Shown here: piece after piece, positions 47,233 through 59,868 of the stretch | Numbering within the stretch: position 1 is the stretch's first letter | Layout of the letters: each line of letters starts with the position of its first letter | Source: Squalus acanthias | Taxonomy: Eukaryota | Assembly (NCBI GenBank): GCA_030390025.1 | Contig: CM059432.1 | Span: forward strand, 36,582,001 to 36,646,000 | Length of the DNA stretch: 64,000 nucleotides | Direction of reading: 5' to 3' | Position numbers and translations under genes: made by a program | Notes under the pieces: model-generated | The model's input: the letters and a program-made list of their open reading frames with translations, nothing else | Told to the model about the DNA's origin: nothing | Database searches by the model: none

Positions 47233-47828
47233 GTTTTTTTTCCTTAACTAATCTATCCCCCTTCCCACCCTCACCGATCTGTCCCAATGTCCTTGGGAAC
47301 ACACGACTGGAATAGACCATTTCTATCCGCTGGGTGGGTAGGGGCAATCCAATTGGCCTCAGTACCCCTGGGTTCGGACTGAAAAGAAAATTAGCCAGGG
47401 TTCCCACTCTTGATTGCTGTGCAGCAATTCCTGCTGCAAAGTGGACAGGGGGATATCCGGTGAGGACAGAATCGGGCTTGGCTGTGATGCCTCACATGTT
47501 CAATTGGTTCACCCACACTCACTGCATCCTTGGAGGCGGAACCCCGCAACTTGCAAGGGGTGTGGGGAGAGGAAGGATAGACATATAAAAGCATAAATGT
47601 AGTTTTAACCTGTTACTCTTATTCCTTTCTATACTCTGACTATTCTGGCTCATTCCTTAAGGACGTCTCCTCAGTGACCAAAGATTACTCTCAGTCCATC
47701 AGTGCATTTGATTGTTTGAACCCTGAACATTTTTTTAAAAAATCTCTTGTGTATATATTTTGCATTTCATTTCACGCCCTCCTATAACAATGCACCATTG
47801 TACCCCCACCCCATAATTTTATTTTTAG

Positions 47829-47994
47829 AATGAGGGTGAAGAAGAATCAGAATCAGCAACGATCAGTCAGATTCCAGAAAATGGGGATCTGACAGGACAA
47901 GCTGAGAGTGGCACACAGCAAAATGGAGTAGGGGAGGACCCCACTGCCAGGTCTGACGAAACTCACAGCCAAGAGTTACAAATACAGGAGACAT
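47829..47994 (+). CDS. MAP4: MAP4 acidic C-terminal tail exon (166 nt, phase 0/1, probably alternative)
   Basis: ttttatttttag acceptor, ACAT|GTAAGT donor; NEGEEESESATISQIPENG...HSQELQIQET ends in the QIQET motif typical of MAP4. Confidence 0.9.
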
Positions 47995-49711
47995 GTAAGT
48001 GAAAGCTTGGCCTTCGTGGGGTGTGTCGTTTTGTGAAAAATGTTGACGGTCGGTTGGGAACTAGGTGCTAAAGTGGGCTCGATGTTGGCCTTTCACTCTG
48101 GGAATTGGATTCAAATCAAACCCAGACAGATGGGTTGCAAAATCCCCTCTGTGCTTTGAGCAGTCTCACCCCACTTCCTAATGGGTACAAGCCCACAGAA
48201 GAAAATTGCCCCTAATTCAGTCACAAAAATGTCAATCCGATGGGCCAATAATCAGGACCTGGTACGTACAAAGTAGGCGTCAAATGATTGAGGAAGTTTG
48301 GAATAGGGGTCTTTTATTTAAAATTATTTTGGGGTTTAAAGAAAGTGTATTTTATCTTGCACCCTGTGATATGGATAGGATAAATAATTAGTTGCAAAGT
48401 GTGCTCAAACCCGATCTGAAGCCTCCATTCTCATGGTCTCCAGGATTTTGTGTAAAATCATGAATCATGCTAAGTGCGACAAGTGTAGAAATTCACAGGA
48501 TGTCATGGCACAACAGTCATTTGCTCTAACTATGGGTTTACAAATTGGATTATTTAGCAGTTTATGGGGTTTATGCATATTCACTATTTTTGGTTGAAAT
48601 GCACCCATTCATATTCTCTGGTAATGCACAGAGGCACTTCTTACCTGTTGGCATTGTGAGGACAGAAGATAAATGCAGTGCAAACCAGGAGAATCCGGGG
48701 TTCAATCTCTGATGCGTGCGGAGTTAGCTGATCTAGAACAGGAGAGGAGTAGGACCGGTGCACTTTGCCTCAGCACCCCTATGTTTAGAGGTGAGGGAGA
48801 ATTTGAGGCTGGGGTCTCCTTCTTGATTGTTACGTGGTGCTGGAAAGTGTACATGTGCGGCCATCAGGTGAGGAGAGCATCAATCTCGGTTGTGAGAGTC
48901 AAATACTTTCGATGGTCACAGTCCAGGCTCTCGAATGAGGAATCGCCACTTGGGTGAGGTCCCAGAGTGTGGCTGATGCCCTCACTGTTGAGCTTGATCC
49001 TCAGTGAGAGTCAGTCCCTTCAGGAGAGGGGGATGAAAAAAATTGGAAGAGAATAAAGGAAGAAAATTTAAAGTGCAGAGATGAACGATTTTATTTAACA
49101 TTTTTTGAAATGGTTTTTGCTTCCAGAAGTTATAGTATTACCATAATGTTGAGCTGTTTTAGTATCGGTACGAGTATGGAAATTTTTTATTCTGTCCTGT
49201 TCCCTGGGGTTGTTGGTGGTCTAGCAATCTTTTGGAATGAACTGTGTTTTTGCCCCCTCTTCTCCCGAAGAGGGCTGACTTTTTGCGTACCGTTCCCTTG
49301 GTACCAGCAGCTTTTCCAGTAACTCACCAGTGGACACTTTTCATGTCTGAGCCCTGACAGTGTCAGCAGGCTATTTGACTGTAGAGGGCATCACGGCCAA
49401 TCCTGACCTTGTCTGTACCTGATGTCCACACTTTCCAGCTGGGGTCACTGGCTGATTCCTCCCTTCTCCCTTCTACCCCAGGAGTACTGAGCCCTCCTAT
49501 AGGGCCTCCATACCTCGGCCGTAGCTGATGTAGGTTCATTCAGAATGATCCCACATTGGAATTTCCTGGTCCGTGTGGCTCAGTAGCAGGACATAAGGTG
49601 TGTTTACGAAGCCACTGGGGTGTGAGTGGAGCGATAGGGATTCTGTTCCTAACGAGATGTTTTCACTCTTCCCCCCCCCCCCCCCCCCCCCCCCACCTTC
49701 CTCCTCTGCAG

Positions 49712-49921
49712 ATTGAATCTCGCAAGCTGATGTTCCGTGAGAATGCCAAGGCCAGGACAGACCACGGAGCAGACATCGTGTACAAATCCCCCAACGTTTC
49801 AGACAATACCTCTCCTCTCTGCAGCACGTCACTGACCGAAAGCCTCAGCTCCCTCGGATCTCCGCAGCTTGCTACTCTCGCTGAAGATGTGTCTGCCGCT
49901 CTAGCACAGCAGGGCTTGTGA
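49712..49921 (+). CDS. MAP4: Terminal coding exon with tau/MAP2-type C-terminal tail (frame 0); read as (Y)-stop when spliced after the acidic exon
   Basis: C24 tract plus ctcctctgcag acceptor; [35 protein letters not shown]...[20 protein letters not shown]; strongly similar to tau exon 13 and the MAP2 C-terminus. Confidence 0.93.
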   Translation: MESRKLMFRENAKARTDHGADIVYKSPNVSDNTSPLCSTSLTESLSSLGSPQLATLAEDVSAALAQQGL

Positions 49922-51529
49922 ATTTTTTCTTTCTTTTTTTTTGCTCATGTTCTTTTCAAACTACTTTTAACAAAAACAAGAAGTTTAGCATCATTAACAG
50001 GATTTGTGCTTTAAAAAGGACTCGTTCCTATTGAGTTATTTTGGGGCTGGGTAGCTATAATGCACCCTTTTATCTTAAAATTCCACAATACAGATCCAAG
50101 GTACTGCTACCACATGGGACCTTATTGCCGAATAGTTGATAAACTTCCGTTCTTTCGGGATAAGAGCTGGGTTTGATGCTTGAATAGAGCAACCAGTGTC
50201 TGGCACAGCATTTTGGAGACTGAATGGGAGAGTGTATTGGATCATCTGATAGTCAAAATCTGACAGACAGGGGAGGTGGTTATAGTTAATTAAAAACACC
50301 CTAATCCCACTGGCTGCCCAAATATAAATCCTGCCTCCTCAACAAACACTTCACTAAATGAAGGGAATTTTCCCTGCTTTTTTTTTTCTTTTCTAAACTG
50401 CATTTTCCCCATAAATTCTAGAAATTTCCTTGATCTGCACCCTGCCCTTGAAAATCTGATGGCAGTTGTAAATTTAACATTTTTAAAAAAATAAAATAAT
50501 CTTGCCCTTCTGCTGGAGTCTCTAATAACTTGTGAAACTCCAAACCCCATGTTATGTTAAAGGTCACTGTTTTCCAGATTTATTTTCCTCCTTTTTTCCT
50601 GTAAATAAATCATAAATGTCAAAGGAATAGATAATTAGAACAAATTAAATTTGTTCTCACATTAGGAAAGGAGAGGGGCCGGGTGCGTGGGTTAGAGAAA
50701 CACAGATCAGTTTGATTTAAAGGAAAACGGGGATGAATGATGGTGAAAAATCTTCAAACCTTAAAGGTTTGTTGCTTAAGTTATTTTTTTTTAAAGAAAC
50801 TGCAGTCATTATTTTTCCCTGAGAGATTCTGTAATCTTCTGGCCGTGTTTCTCTCGGTGCCAGTCGCTGGATTCTCGTACAGTGTGGCCTGCAGTTCGGG
50901 GAGTTGTTCATCGCTCCATTCACTTTTGTGCATTTTTAATAGAATCTTACAGCACAGAAGGAGACCATTCGGCCCATCGTGCCTGTGCCAACTCTTTGAA
51001 AGAGCTATTCAGTTAATCCCCCTCCCCCACTCTTTCCCCATAACCCTGCATCTCCCTTTAATTCTGTTATGGTTACATTAAATTTGTAATGGGAAGACAG
51101 TAGGATAAAAGAATGAGATCAAATGTCACCTCCACCCAAACGTCTTGATTTTGTTTGGGAGTTAAGCTGAGGTACAAGTGTTGGCAGCAGCTGGTTTGAT
51201 GCTAGGAGTAGAAGACCAAGTGGAATTACTTTAAAACCAACACCCTTAATCTCAGCACGTTTGCTCACCATTGTTTAAACTGAGTTGGGCTGAGGGCAGA
51301 TAGGACTAAAAATAATTGGTACGTAAAATCGTAAACCAGCAGAATGCTTGTGGATATTTTTGCAGTCCAGTGTGTGCACTGTACAGAGATCTGTGGCAGG
51401 TCCAGGAGCTGAATCCATCCGCTTCGACTGAATTTCTGCAGGTTCCCCATTCCCTGAGCTGTCGAGCCATGGGCTCGTCCCTCCCCAGTCAGCATTCTGC
51501 CTTTGGTGAGTGAAGCAGCAACTTAAAGG

Positions 51530-51660
51530 GGGAGAAACAAAAAGCAAAATACTGAATATGATGGAAACACTCAGCAGGTCTGCCAGCACCTGTGCAGAGA
51601 GAAAGGACATTGACCTGAAACATTTAACCCTACCTTCCTCTTTCCACAGATGCTGTGTCT
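51530..51660. mobile_element. Penelope-derived inverted terminal fragment in the putative 3'UTR
   Basis: cagcacctgtgcagagag ... ctctttccacagatgctg inverted pair; homologous to 45682-45790. Confidence 0.55.
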
Positions 51661-53819
51661 GTTTCTATTGAAGTGGAGGAATTTTGTTTTCCTTCTCCTC
51701 CCTCCCTTCAGTTGAGTGGAACATCTTCAGTCACCATCTCGGTCTTAAAAAAAAAACTAGACCTTTTTTAAAATAACACTTAGGCCAGGCTAAAGATCCC
51801 CAGTTATATAACTGTTAAAAGACATGGCTAAAATGTTTAATTCCTCCAGTTAACGATTGTGATTTTAATATTGTTTTTAAGCACCTCATTCAGATGGTCT
51901 AAATTTAGACCCCATCCCCAGCTGCTGCTTTGTTGAAATGGGACTTTGTTGCTTTATTTTAGGCATCTTTTATTTGGACCACACGCAAGATTGTGTTAGT
52001 GGTGCCCTTCAAAAGAGGCACTTGCAGTGCTGACATCTGTCAGGTGACACTGGAGCAACTCAGTGCCACCCTTGAGTCCAATTAAAATAGGCCCTCTTCT
52101 CTGGGATGGAAAGGTGGTTGCCACTCCACAGCTACTTTCCAGATGCCCATATCCTGGTTGGAGGTGAATTTGGATAGAGGAGGGGGTGGGGTCACGACTG
52201 GATTTCTCTACATAGTGACTCAAAGCCATTACTTGGTTTTCTTGCATTAAGAACAAGTCCTGTTAGTGAATAAAATGGAGGCATCTTTTCCCTCAGTCTT
52301 TGCAGCTTCTCTGTTTCCGCATCGGTGTTTAAATCTGTTTTTAAAAAACTGTAAATTGTTTTAACTTGTAGATTTCTTCAAAGTTAATCTTTGGTGATGA
52401 AGTACTGCCTATTGTATAATGAGTAGTGATTTAAAAAAATACAATTAACTTTGTTCTCTAAGCAATATAATCTTAACGGTTGTGTCAAGTGGAGCTCTGC
52501 CTTGATAGGATAAATGGTTCCAGGAGGGATGGTGGACTGGGTTAATGTCGGCCTGGATTTGTAGGATTGTTTTCGGTGGTGGTTTGTATAGCAAGAAGGC
52601 AGCTGTACGTGGAAGTGATGTTCGTGCAGAGTTATATGAAGTGAAAAGTCGGGGATAGAGAGGCAGTTAAAAAGTGTCACGGTTATACACCAATGTGTAG
52701 CAGTGAGCAAAGCTTTAATGGACTACAACAAGGCCTTAAAGTTTGTCAGTCAGGACGGTAGCTACCGTGAGTGAGTGGAGTCTGGGCCTGTGTGCCTTTT
52801 GTGTGTTTTAAAATTTGAAAAAATATAAAATTGCAGGTTGCACACACACACGGTGGGTGAGAGCTGTGCACAGTGCAACCGTGTACATACAAGACGAGTA
52901 TGTTTGCATTTGATAACTGGTGCTGTGGTGCTTGTTCCAAGTTCTGTAACTGGCCTCCAAAGGAACACGCTTAGAGCAAAGGGGGTCAGACCATAAATTG
53001 CTGAAATTGTTTTCACCACCATGTACGGTAGCGGGGGATGGGAAGGGGTATAATCTTACAAAAAATAGTATCCGTCTGAACAGCACAGAGAGGTTGGAGT
53101 TCTGCAGAGCGACTCCAGAGTTGTCTCTAACATCATTCACCTCCGAGGAATTTTTTAATTGTTTGCATGGTGTGTGGTGAGAGTGAAGCCCTGGGGCCGC
53201 TGAGTGTCTCCCTCAGTTTGTGGTGGGCCAGTAGGGAGAGGGGATGGCGTTTTTATTTTACATTGCCCCTGGCAGTCACCGAGTGAGACCTGGATGCCAC
53301 CGGAGGCACGGATTGCACCTCCTCTCTTATCTATAGTGCGCTTCCGTAGCGGGAGGTGTGCAGGTCACAGTTGGTACCCTAGATGGAAACGCAGTTAAGA
53401 GAAGTTTCTGATGAGTGAAATTCTTCCTAATTTAGGGAGGGAGGGCCAGATTGACTAAGGCGGATGAAGAGTGTTAGGAGTGGAAGATTAACCGTGGGGA
53501 GATGCGCCTGCGTTTCACACAGCGACAGGGTTTTACTTTCCAAGTGAAGTCGGGTATCTTAGTTGGTGAAGAATTAATGTTGGGTTTATCGATCAAGGTT
53601 TGGTGGACAACATCAACTCTAACGTTGCTCAGAAGGATACTCAGTGTTCAACACTCACTGCTCATTAATCCTCATCTAAATGCCATTGTCACAGGGATTT
53701 ACTGCCTCTGTACCAGTCTGTCCCAGTAGCATCACTGCTTCTCTCTAGCTTTGTATTGTACCTGCGATCACAGTCTGTACTTAACCTTTTAAACACTATT
53801 CAGAATCGCTCGAGCGTTT

Positions 53820-53822
<3 letters not shown>

Positions 53823-53853
<31 letters not shown>
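53823..53853. repeat. (AT)n microsatellite
   Basis: Directly visible. Confidence 0.95.
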
Positions 53854-53856
<3 letters not shown>

Positions 53857-56027
53857 TGTTGTTTACACTTAACTCAAAGTAGCTGTAGAAGATGGCTGGT
53901 TATAACAACATTGCTTTATTCTCTGCACTAATGTTCAGGTGTGTGTGTGTGTGTCAGGGAAGACAGAAGGGATGTGTTGGATGAATTTTTTTTTTTAAAG
54001 ACTAAAATTTATATGTGTATTCAAAACTCACAGCAGTGGAAAGATAGCAAACTCAGATTGTTGGGGTCACTTTAACTGGTCCTTAGATCAGTGACTTCAG
54101 CACCATTGCAGTCAGCAGTGTACAACTTGTGCCCAAGCGCAGTTTTCTTATTGTAGATGAGGGTGGGATGTAATATTTGAGAGCTGCTTGGGATGATTGA
54201 GCTGCCAGTGAACTGCTGTACTTGAGCAGTCAGGAGTTTGGCCCCATTCCTGAGTCTCTGATGTGGATACACTTTTCATTGTGCTGTCAGTTTTTACCCC
54301 TCTCTAATTTTCACCTGTAGCCGCCTCCTCTCTCGAAAGCAGTGACTCGTGCTGGGGGCTGTATGGTTTGGTGGGTGAAGCTAGTCCTGGTGTACTTGGT
54401 AGTGTGGCCCTTCCCCATGGGGGTGGGCATCACAACTGAGCTGACCCTCAGTCGGCACCTGGACACGTGTGTCTCCAGCAGAGCTCATTGGATAGCGGAC
54501 AGGTGCCCTCCCCAAACCCGTGGAACTATCTATTAAAATTTTGGCCCGTGAGAATATTATAGCGGCTCTTCAGCGTTTACCCAATGGGCCAGCAGGGGAT
54601 CCAGGGTTTGGACCAGGAGGGGGTCTAGGGGAGGGCTAACGGACCCCAGCAAGAGTCAGTGCTGTCAGGAGAGAAGGGGCTGGAAATTAGCGAGAGATGT
54701 TAAAGAAATTGGCATTTGAAACCGAGAGGTATTAATGACGTTTATCGGGGTTTTTGTTGGCTTTTAGAAGTGTTTTTGTTGTAAGTCGGTCTGCTTTGCC
54801 CTTTCCTTCAAACTTCCTAACAGAAAAAGTGAAGTCAGGGTGTGTCTTCTGTGGGCCCTTCTCTGTTTCAATAACTTGTTAAAATCCATCGCTAAGAGCC
54901 GTGTCACTACCCAGCTTTACTACGTTTACAAGTAAAACTACTTTTGATAGATTAGTTTCAGTACAAAAAAAATTACATTTGCACAGAATTGATTTCAGGA
55001 AAACGGTGGGATTGCCCTGGGCCTGACGGTCCCAGACAGATTGGTTCAGGTTTACAATTGTGTTGAAAAACGCTCTTAAAATGTTATGCATCCAACAGTT
55101 TGTAAAGAATTGTACACGCTGCTCGGTGCGAGTATTTCAGATGTTATGTGCATGTGTACTTGTTGCCTGGATCATTTTAACGTGATATTTGTGCTGCTGT
55201 GATTGTAATTTTTTTAGTTGTGTTGCCTTCGTGTGGTTTAATGTGAATTGGTCTGTGTCAGAAGCAGGTGGCAACCCCTTGACATCGTCTGAATCCTGTT
55301 TGTTTTTTAAAACCGCCAATACCACTTCTCGATACCACGTGGAGTAGCGTGGAGCTATTGGAATGGGAATTACAGGTTTGATTTCAGGTCTGTGCACACT
55401 TATGCTGATCTGAATCTGGGGCAGCAGTCGGGACTCTACAGTTGGCCTCAGCACCTCTAGTTTGGGGCTGGGGCAGGGGAGGGTGGGGGGAAATCAGCCT
55501 GGGTTCCCGTTTCCGATGGCTATCCAGTGACTGACTCCTGGACATGTGCACCCAATAGATGTCCAGCGAAAAGAGGATTAGGCTCTGATGCCTTCTATGG
55601 TTGAATAGCCCGCCTAGACTTGCACGTGATGAATGGTCATGGGCCGGGTGCCCACAGAGCCAAGAGCCAACTCTTCGGGGCGGGAGAAACTTGGCAGGAG
55701 ATTTTTAAAAAGGTCTTTAATGAGGGCCATTTGGGGAATGTGTTCGTGATTTGGGATTTCAATAATCAGTGTGATCTGATTCCAGAAGTGATGTTTGATG
55801 TGACTTACAATGTTCTCCTCAGCTCGGCATGCCCACCAACCCCACCCCCGAAAAAAAAATACTCCTGTTACTGACTACTGTGATTCTCGGCCAGATCTAG
55901 TACTCTCCAGAATGAATTTATTTACTTGTGAATTGTTCCTTTAAATGAATATTGAAATATAAAATTAAAAAAAAAATTCTGCATGTGCTACCTAGATTTC
56001 TTTAAAAAAAAAAAAAAAAAATTTTTA

Positions 56028-56081
56028 AATAAATCCTGTATGGAATTGTAGCTAACAGCTTTTGGGGGCAAAAGCAATAAA
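56028..56081 (+). terminator. Candidate proximal polyadenylation signals
   Basis: AATAAA at 56028-56033 and 56076-56081 in an AU-rich stretch. Confidence 0.45.
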
Positions 56082-56844
56082 ATGTTCAGATCACCGATGG
56101 TTTGCACTCCGAGCCAGGTGTGTGGAACCAGTGTGACCTGCACCTGATTCCAGAGCGGGTGTGTGATGTGACGGACATTGTGATTGATGTTTAATGATAT
56201 AGATTCTGCTATAGTTTAAAAAAAACACTGCAGTCCACTCCAGGGCCAACATATCATCCTCCCCCCTACACCCCGGCACCCCCCCCCCCCCCCCCCAATA
56301 AAAAGGGAACATGTTCGTGACTGCTGTGAGACTGGATGACTTTGGCTTTATTTAAGTAAAGGAGAGCCAGTGTTTGACGGTCAGCCTGCACGGGGTACTT
56401 CAAATGCTGACTGTCCTTTTAAAGTGGGAGTCTCACTTTCGGGACCTCCGTTGCAAAATCAGTTGCCAAGAAGTTGAATCCCTTTTGTTGGGTCAATTTT
56501 TGTTTTGAGAGAGAAAACTATTTTAGTTTAAAGCGACGTGATGCCCCAGCGGCACTGAGTTGAAAGGATCGGCGCTTTCTCACCACTAACTCTGCACTCA
56601 GTCGATGCTGCATACCTTGGGTTTGTGTCCCTGTGTTCACTAACAGTTCACCTCTCTCTCACTTCAGATCGGCGATTCCTTCAAACGCTGTCCCCTCCCC
56701 CGACCGCCGACAATGCATAAAACAAAAACAAATTCAGAAAAGAGAAATGGCAAAAGCACCTGCTGATCTTTGGTAACAAAAGGCAGGGACGAAAAAAGGC
56801 CATTGAGTCCTTCGTAGCGCATCCCTCCATACCCTAACACCACC

Positions 56845-57265
56845 TTTCCCTCCCCTCCCGATTCCCATCCCCTTTTTCTCCCTTCCCCTTCCTCTCCCCT
56901 CCCCTCCCTCTCCCCTCCCCTTCCTCTCCCCTCCCCTCCCTCTCCCCTCCCCTTTCTCTCCTCTCCCCTTCCTCTCCCTCTCCTCTCCCCTCCCCTTTCT
57001 CTCCTCTCCCCTTTCTCTCCTCTCCCTTTTCTCTCCTCTCCCCTTCCCTCTCCCCTCCCTCTCCCCTCCCCTTTCTCTCCCCTCCCCTCCCTCTCCCCTC
57101 CCCTCCCTCTCCCCTCCCCTTTCTCTTCTCTCCCCTCCCCTTTCTCTCTCCCCTCCCTCTCCCTTCCTCTCCCTCTCCCCTCCCCTCCCTCTCCCCTTCC
57201 TCTCCCATCCCCTTTCTCTCCCCTCCCCTCTCACTGCCCCTCCCCTTTCCTTTCCCCCCTCCCTC
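56845..57265 (+). repeat. About 420-bp polypyrimidine tract (ctcccct-like units)
   Basis: Directly visible. Confidence 0.95.
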
Positions 57266-57934
57266 AGCTACATTTTGGACTATTGCAGTCTGTAGGGAAC
57301 CTTGTCTGGCAGTTTATTCCAATCATTTTCATTCTTTAAAGAAATTCTTCCGAAAGTCTGTTACTTTTTTTTTCCCCACTAGTTCTAAATTTATTTTTGT
57401 GTTTTTTGGGGGTAGGGCCTGTGATGGTGAGACTCTAAAGGTCTCGAGATTTCAGTTTTTATTTCACTTGTGCCCTTTCAAAATTACTTTGTCGCTATTT
57501 TAACCGAACCATCACTTCTCAACGAAGGAATTTGATGAAGCTTTAAGCATCCGTCCACTAAAGTCACTGAGCGTAACTTCGAGACACGAATTCTTTACAA
57601 AAATTGACACTTCATTGTTGTTTCTACAACTTGAGATGAGAGAAGCGAGACTTTAAAAAAATAACCTGTTACTGAAGACCGAGGAACACGAGTTGATTTT
57701 TGTGTTTTCTGTGTTTTTTTGGAATCTATAAATGGATTTTAAAAGCAGTAAATGGCTCCAGCAGTGAGTGTCTGGGTGAGGTTGTACAGTATTTCTGCTG
57801 CTGCTGTTGTCCTTCCACACATTTAATATTCTGGAATTTTCTTCTCGCTTTTGCTATTTGGCCGCTGATGAGCACCACCACTGGCAGAACTCAATTCCCA
57901 TTGTTCGGTCCTTATTGTATAAGTAAAGGTTTGA

Positions 57935-57985
57935 AATAAAGCTTATATGTTGATGTTAGCCCCGCGTGTGTTTTTTGTTACATTT
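57935..57985 (+). terminator. Candidate distal polyadenylation site
   Basis: AATAAA at 57935-57940, upstream TGTA, downstream gtgtgttttttgtt; dense TE insertions resume shortly after. Confidence 0.6.
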
Positions 57986-58822
57986 TCTGAGGTTATGCCA
58001 TGTGTTTCTATAAAGTGTTACGGTGCGGCGGTCCTGCTGGGGCAGGCTGTTGAGATGTAGTGGTCCTGCTGGGGCAGGCTGTTGGGATACACTTCCTTGA
58101 CTGATTACCTCCAAGGGCCCAGTAGCTCAGGGGCAGTCATGTTTCTAACCAATATTCATCTGGTTTATCCATAACACTCTGCGGGGAGGGGGGGGGACAG
58201 AGTTCCATTTCTTCTCTGGTCTTGCTGTTAACTACAAGGGAACGGTAGCGTAGTGGTAATGTCACTGGGCTAGTAATCCAGAGGCCTGGACTAATAATCC
58301 AGAGACGTGAGTTCAAATCCCACCACGGCAGCTGGCGAATTTAAATTCAGTTAATTAAATAAATCTGGAATTAAAATAAAAGCTAGTATCAGTAATGGTA
58401 ACCATGAAACTATCGGATTATCGTAAAAACCCATCTGGTTCACTAATGTCCTTTAGGCGAAGGAATCTGGTCTGGCAGCCTATATGTGACTCCAGACCCA
58501 CAGCAATGTAGTTGACTCTTAACTGCCCTCTGAAATGGCCTAGCAAGTCACTCAGTTGTAACTAACCGCTACAAAACAAAATAATAAGAATGAAACCGGA
58601 CGGATCACCCGGCATCGACCTCGGCTACGGACACGGCAACGGCACACCCAACCCAGTCAAAGTCCTCACCAACATCTGGGGACTTGTGCCAAAATTGGGA
58701 GTGCTGTCCCACAGACTAGTCAAGCAACAGCCTGACATAGTCATACTCACAGAATCATACCTTTCAGCCAATGTCCCAAACTACACCATCACCATCCCTG
58801 GGAACAGGACAGACCCACCAAG

Positions 58823-59868
58823 AACATAAGAAATAGGAGCAGGAGTAGGCCAATCGGCCCTTCGAGCCTGCTCCGCCATTCAATAAGATCGTGGCTGATC
58901 TGATCCTCACCTCAAATCTAAAGAACACAAGAAGTAGGAGCAGGACCCGGCCACTCAGCCCCTGGGCCCGCTATGCCACCCACAGGGCCTTGACCGATCC
59001 GAACTCAGCCTCATGTCCAATTTCCTGCCCGCTCCCCGTAACCCCTAATTCCCTTTACTTCTAGGAAACTGTCTATTTCTGTTTTAAATTTATTTAATGA
59101 TGTAGCTTCCACAGCTTCCTGGGGCAGCAAATTCCACAGACCTACTACCCTCTGAATGAAGAAGTTTCTCCTCATCTCAGTTTTGAAAGAGCAGCCCCTT
59201 ATTCTAAGATTATGCCCCCTAGTTCTAGTTTCACCCATCCTTGGGAACATCCTTACCGCATCCACCCGATCAAGCCCCTTCACAATCTGATGTTTCAATA
59301 AGATCGCCTCTCATTCTTCTGAACTCCAATGAGTAGAGTCCCAATCTACTCAACCTCTCCTCGTATGTCGACCCCCTCATCCCGGGGATTAACCGAGTGA
59401 ACCTTCTTTGTACTGCCTCGAGAGCAAGTATGTCTTTTCTTAAGTATGGACACCAAAACTGTATGCAGTATTCCAGGTGCTGTCTCACCAATACCTTATA
59501 TAACTGTAGCAATACCTCCCTGTTTTTATAATCTATCCCCCTAGCAATAAAAGCCAACATTCCGTTGGCCTCCTTGATCACCTGCTGCACCTGCATACTA
59601 ACTTTTTGATTTTCTTGCACTAGGACCCCCAGATCCCTTTGCACTGCAGTACTTTCCAGTTTCTCGCCATTAAGATAATAACTTGCTCTCTGATTTTTCC
59701 TGCCAAAGTGCATAACCTCACATTTTCCAATATTGTATTGCATCTGCCAAATCTCTGCCCACTCACCCAGCTTGTCTATATCCCCTTGTAGGTTTTTTAT
59801 GTCCTCCTCACTTTCTACTTTCCCTCCCATCTTTGTATCATCTGCAAACTTTGATATGTTACACTCGC
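58823..59868 (-). mobile_element. Young 5'-truncated CR1, same subfamily as 2742-7165
   Basis: Nearly identical to 2742-3790, including the doubled 3' tail. Confidence 0.93.

Larger units (their letters stand above)
49922..57965 (+). other. MAP4: Probable long 3'UTR of MAP4
   Basis: AT/U-rich, no large LINE insertions unlike the introns, ends at an AATAAA followed by a GU/U-rich element; true end needs RNA data. Confidence 0.6.

Noticed and set aside
49712..49921. Calling the gene MAPT or MAP2 from the last exon
   Set aside because: The pseudo-repeat exon, PKRPTSIKTE, the [10 protein letters not shown] repeat and the QIQET acidic exon all point to MAP4.
56734..57234. Arg/Gly/Glu-rich ORFs on the minus strand
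   Set aside because: Translation of a low-complexity purine tract.
58238..58330. Functional tRNA-Thr gene
   Set aside because: Duplicated anticodon arm, no proper acceptor stem or T-run terminator, and continuous with retroelement sequence.
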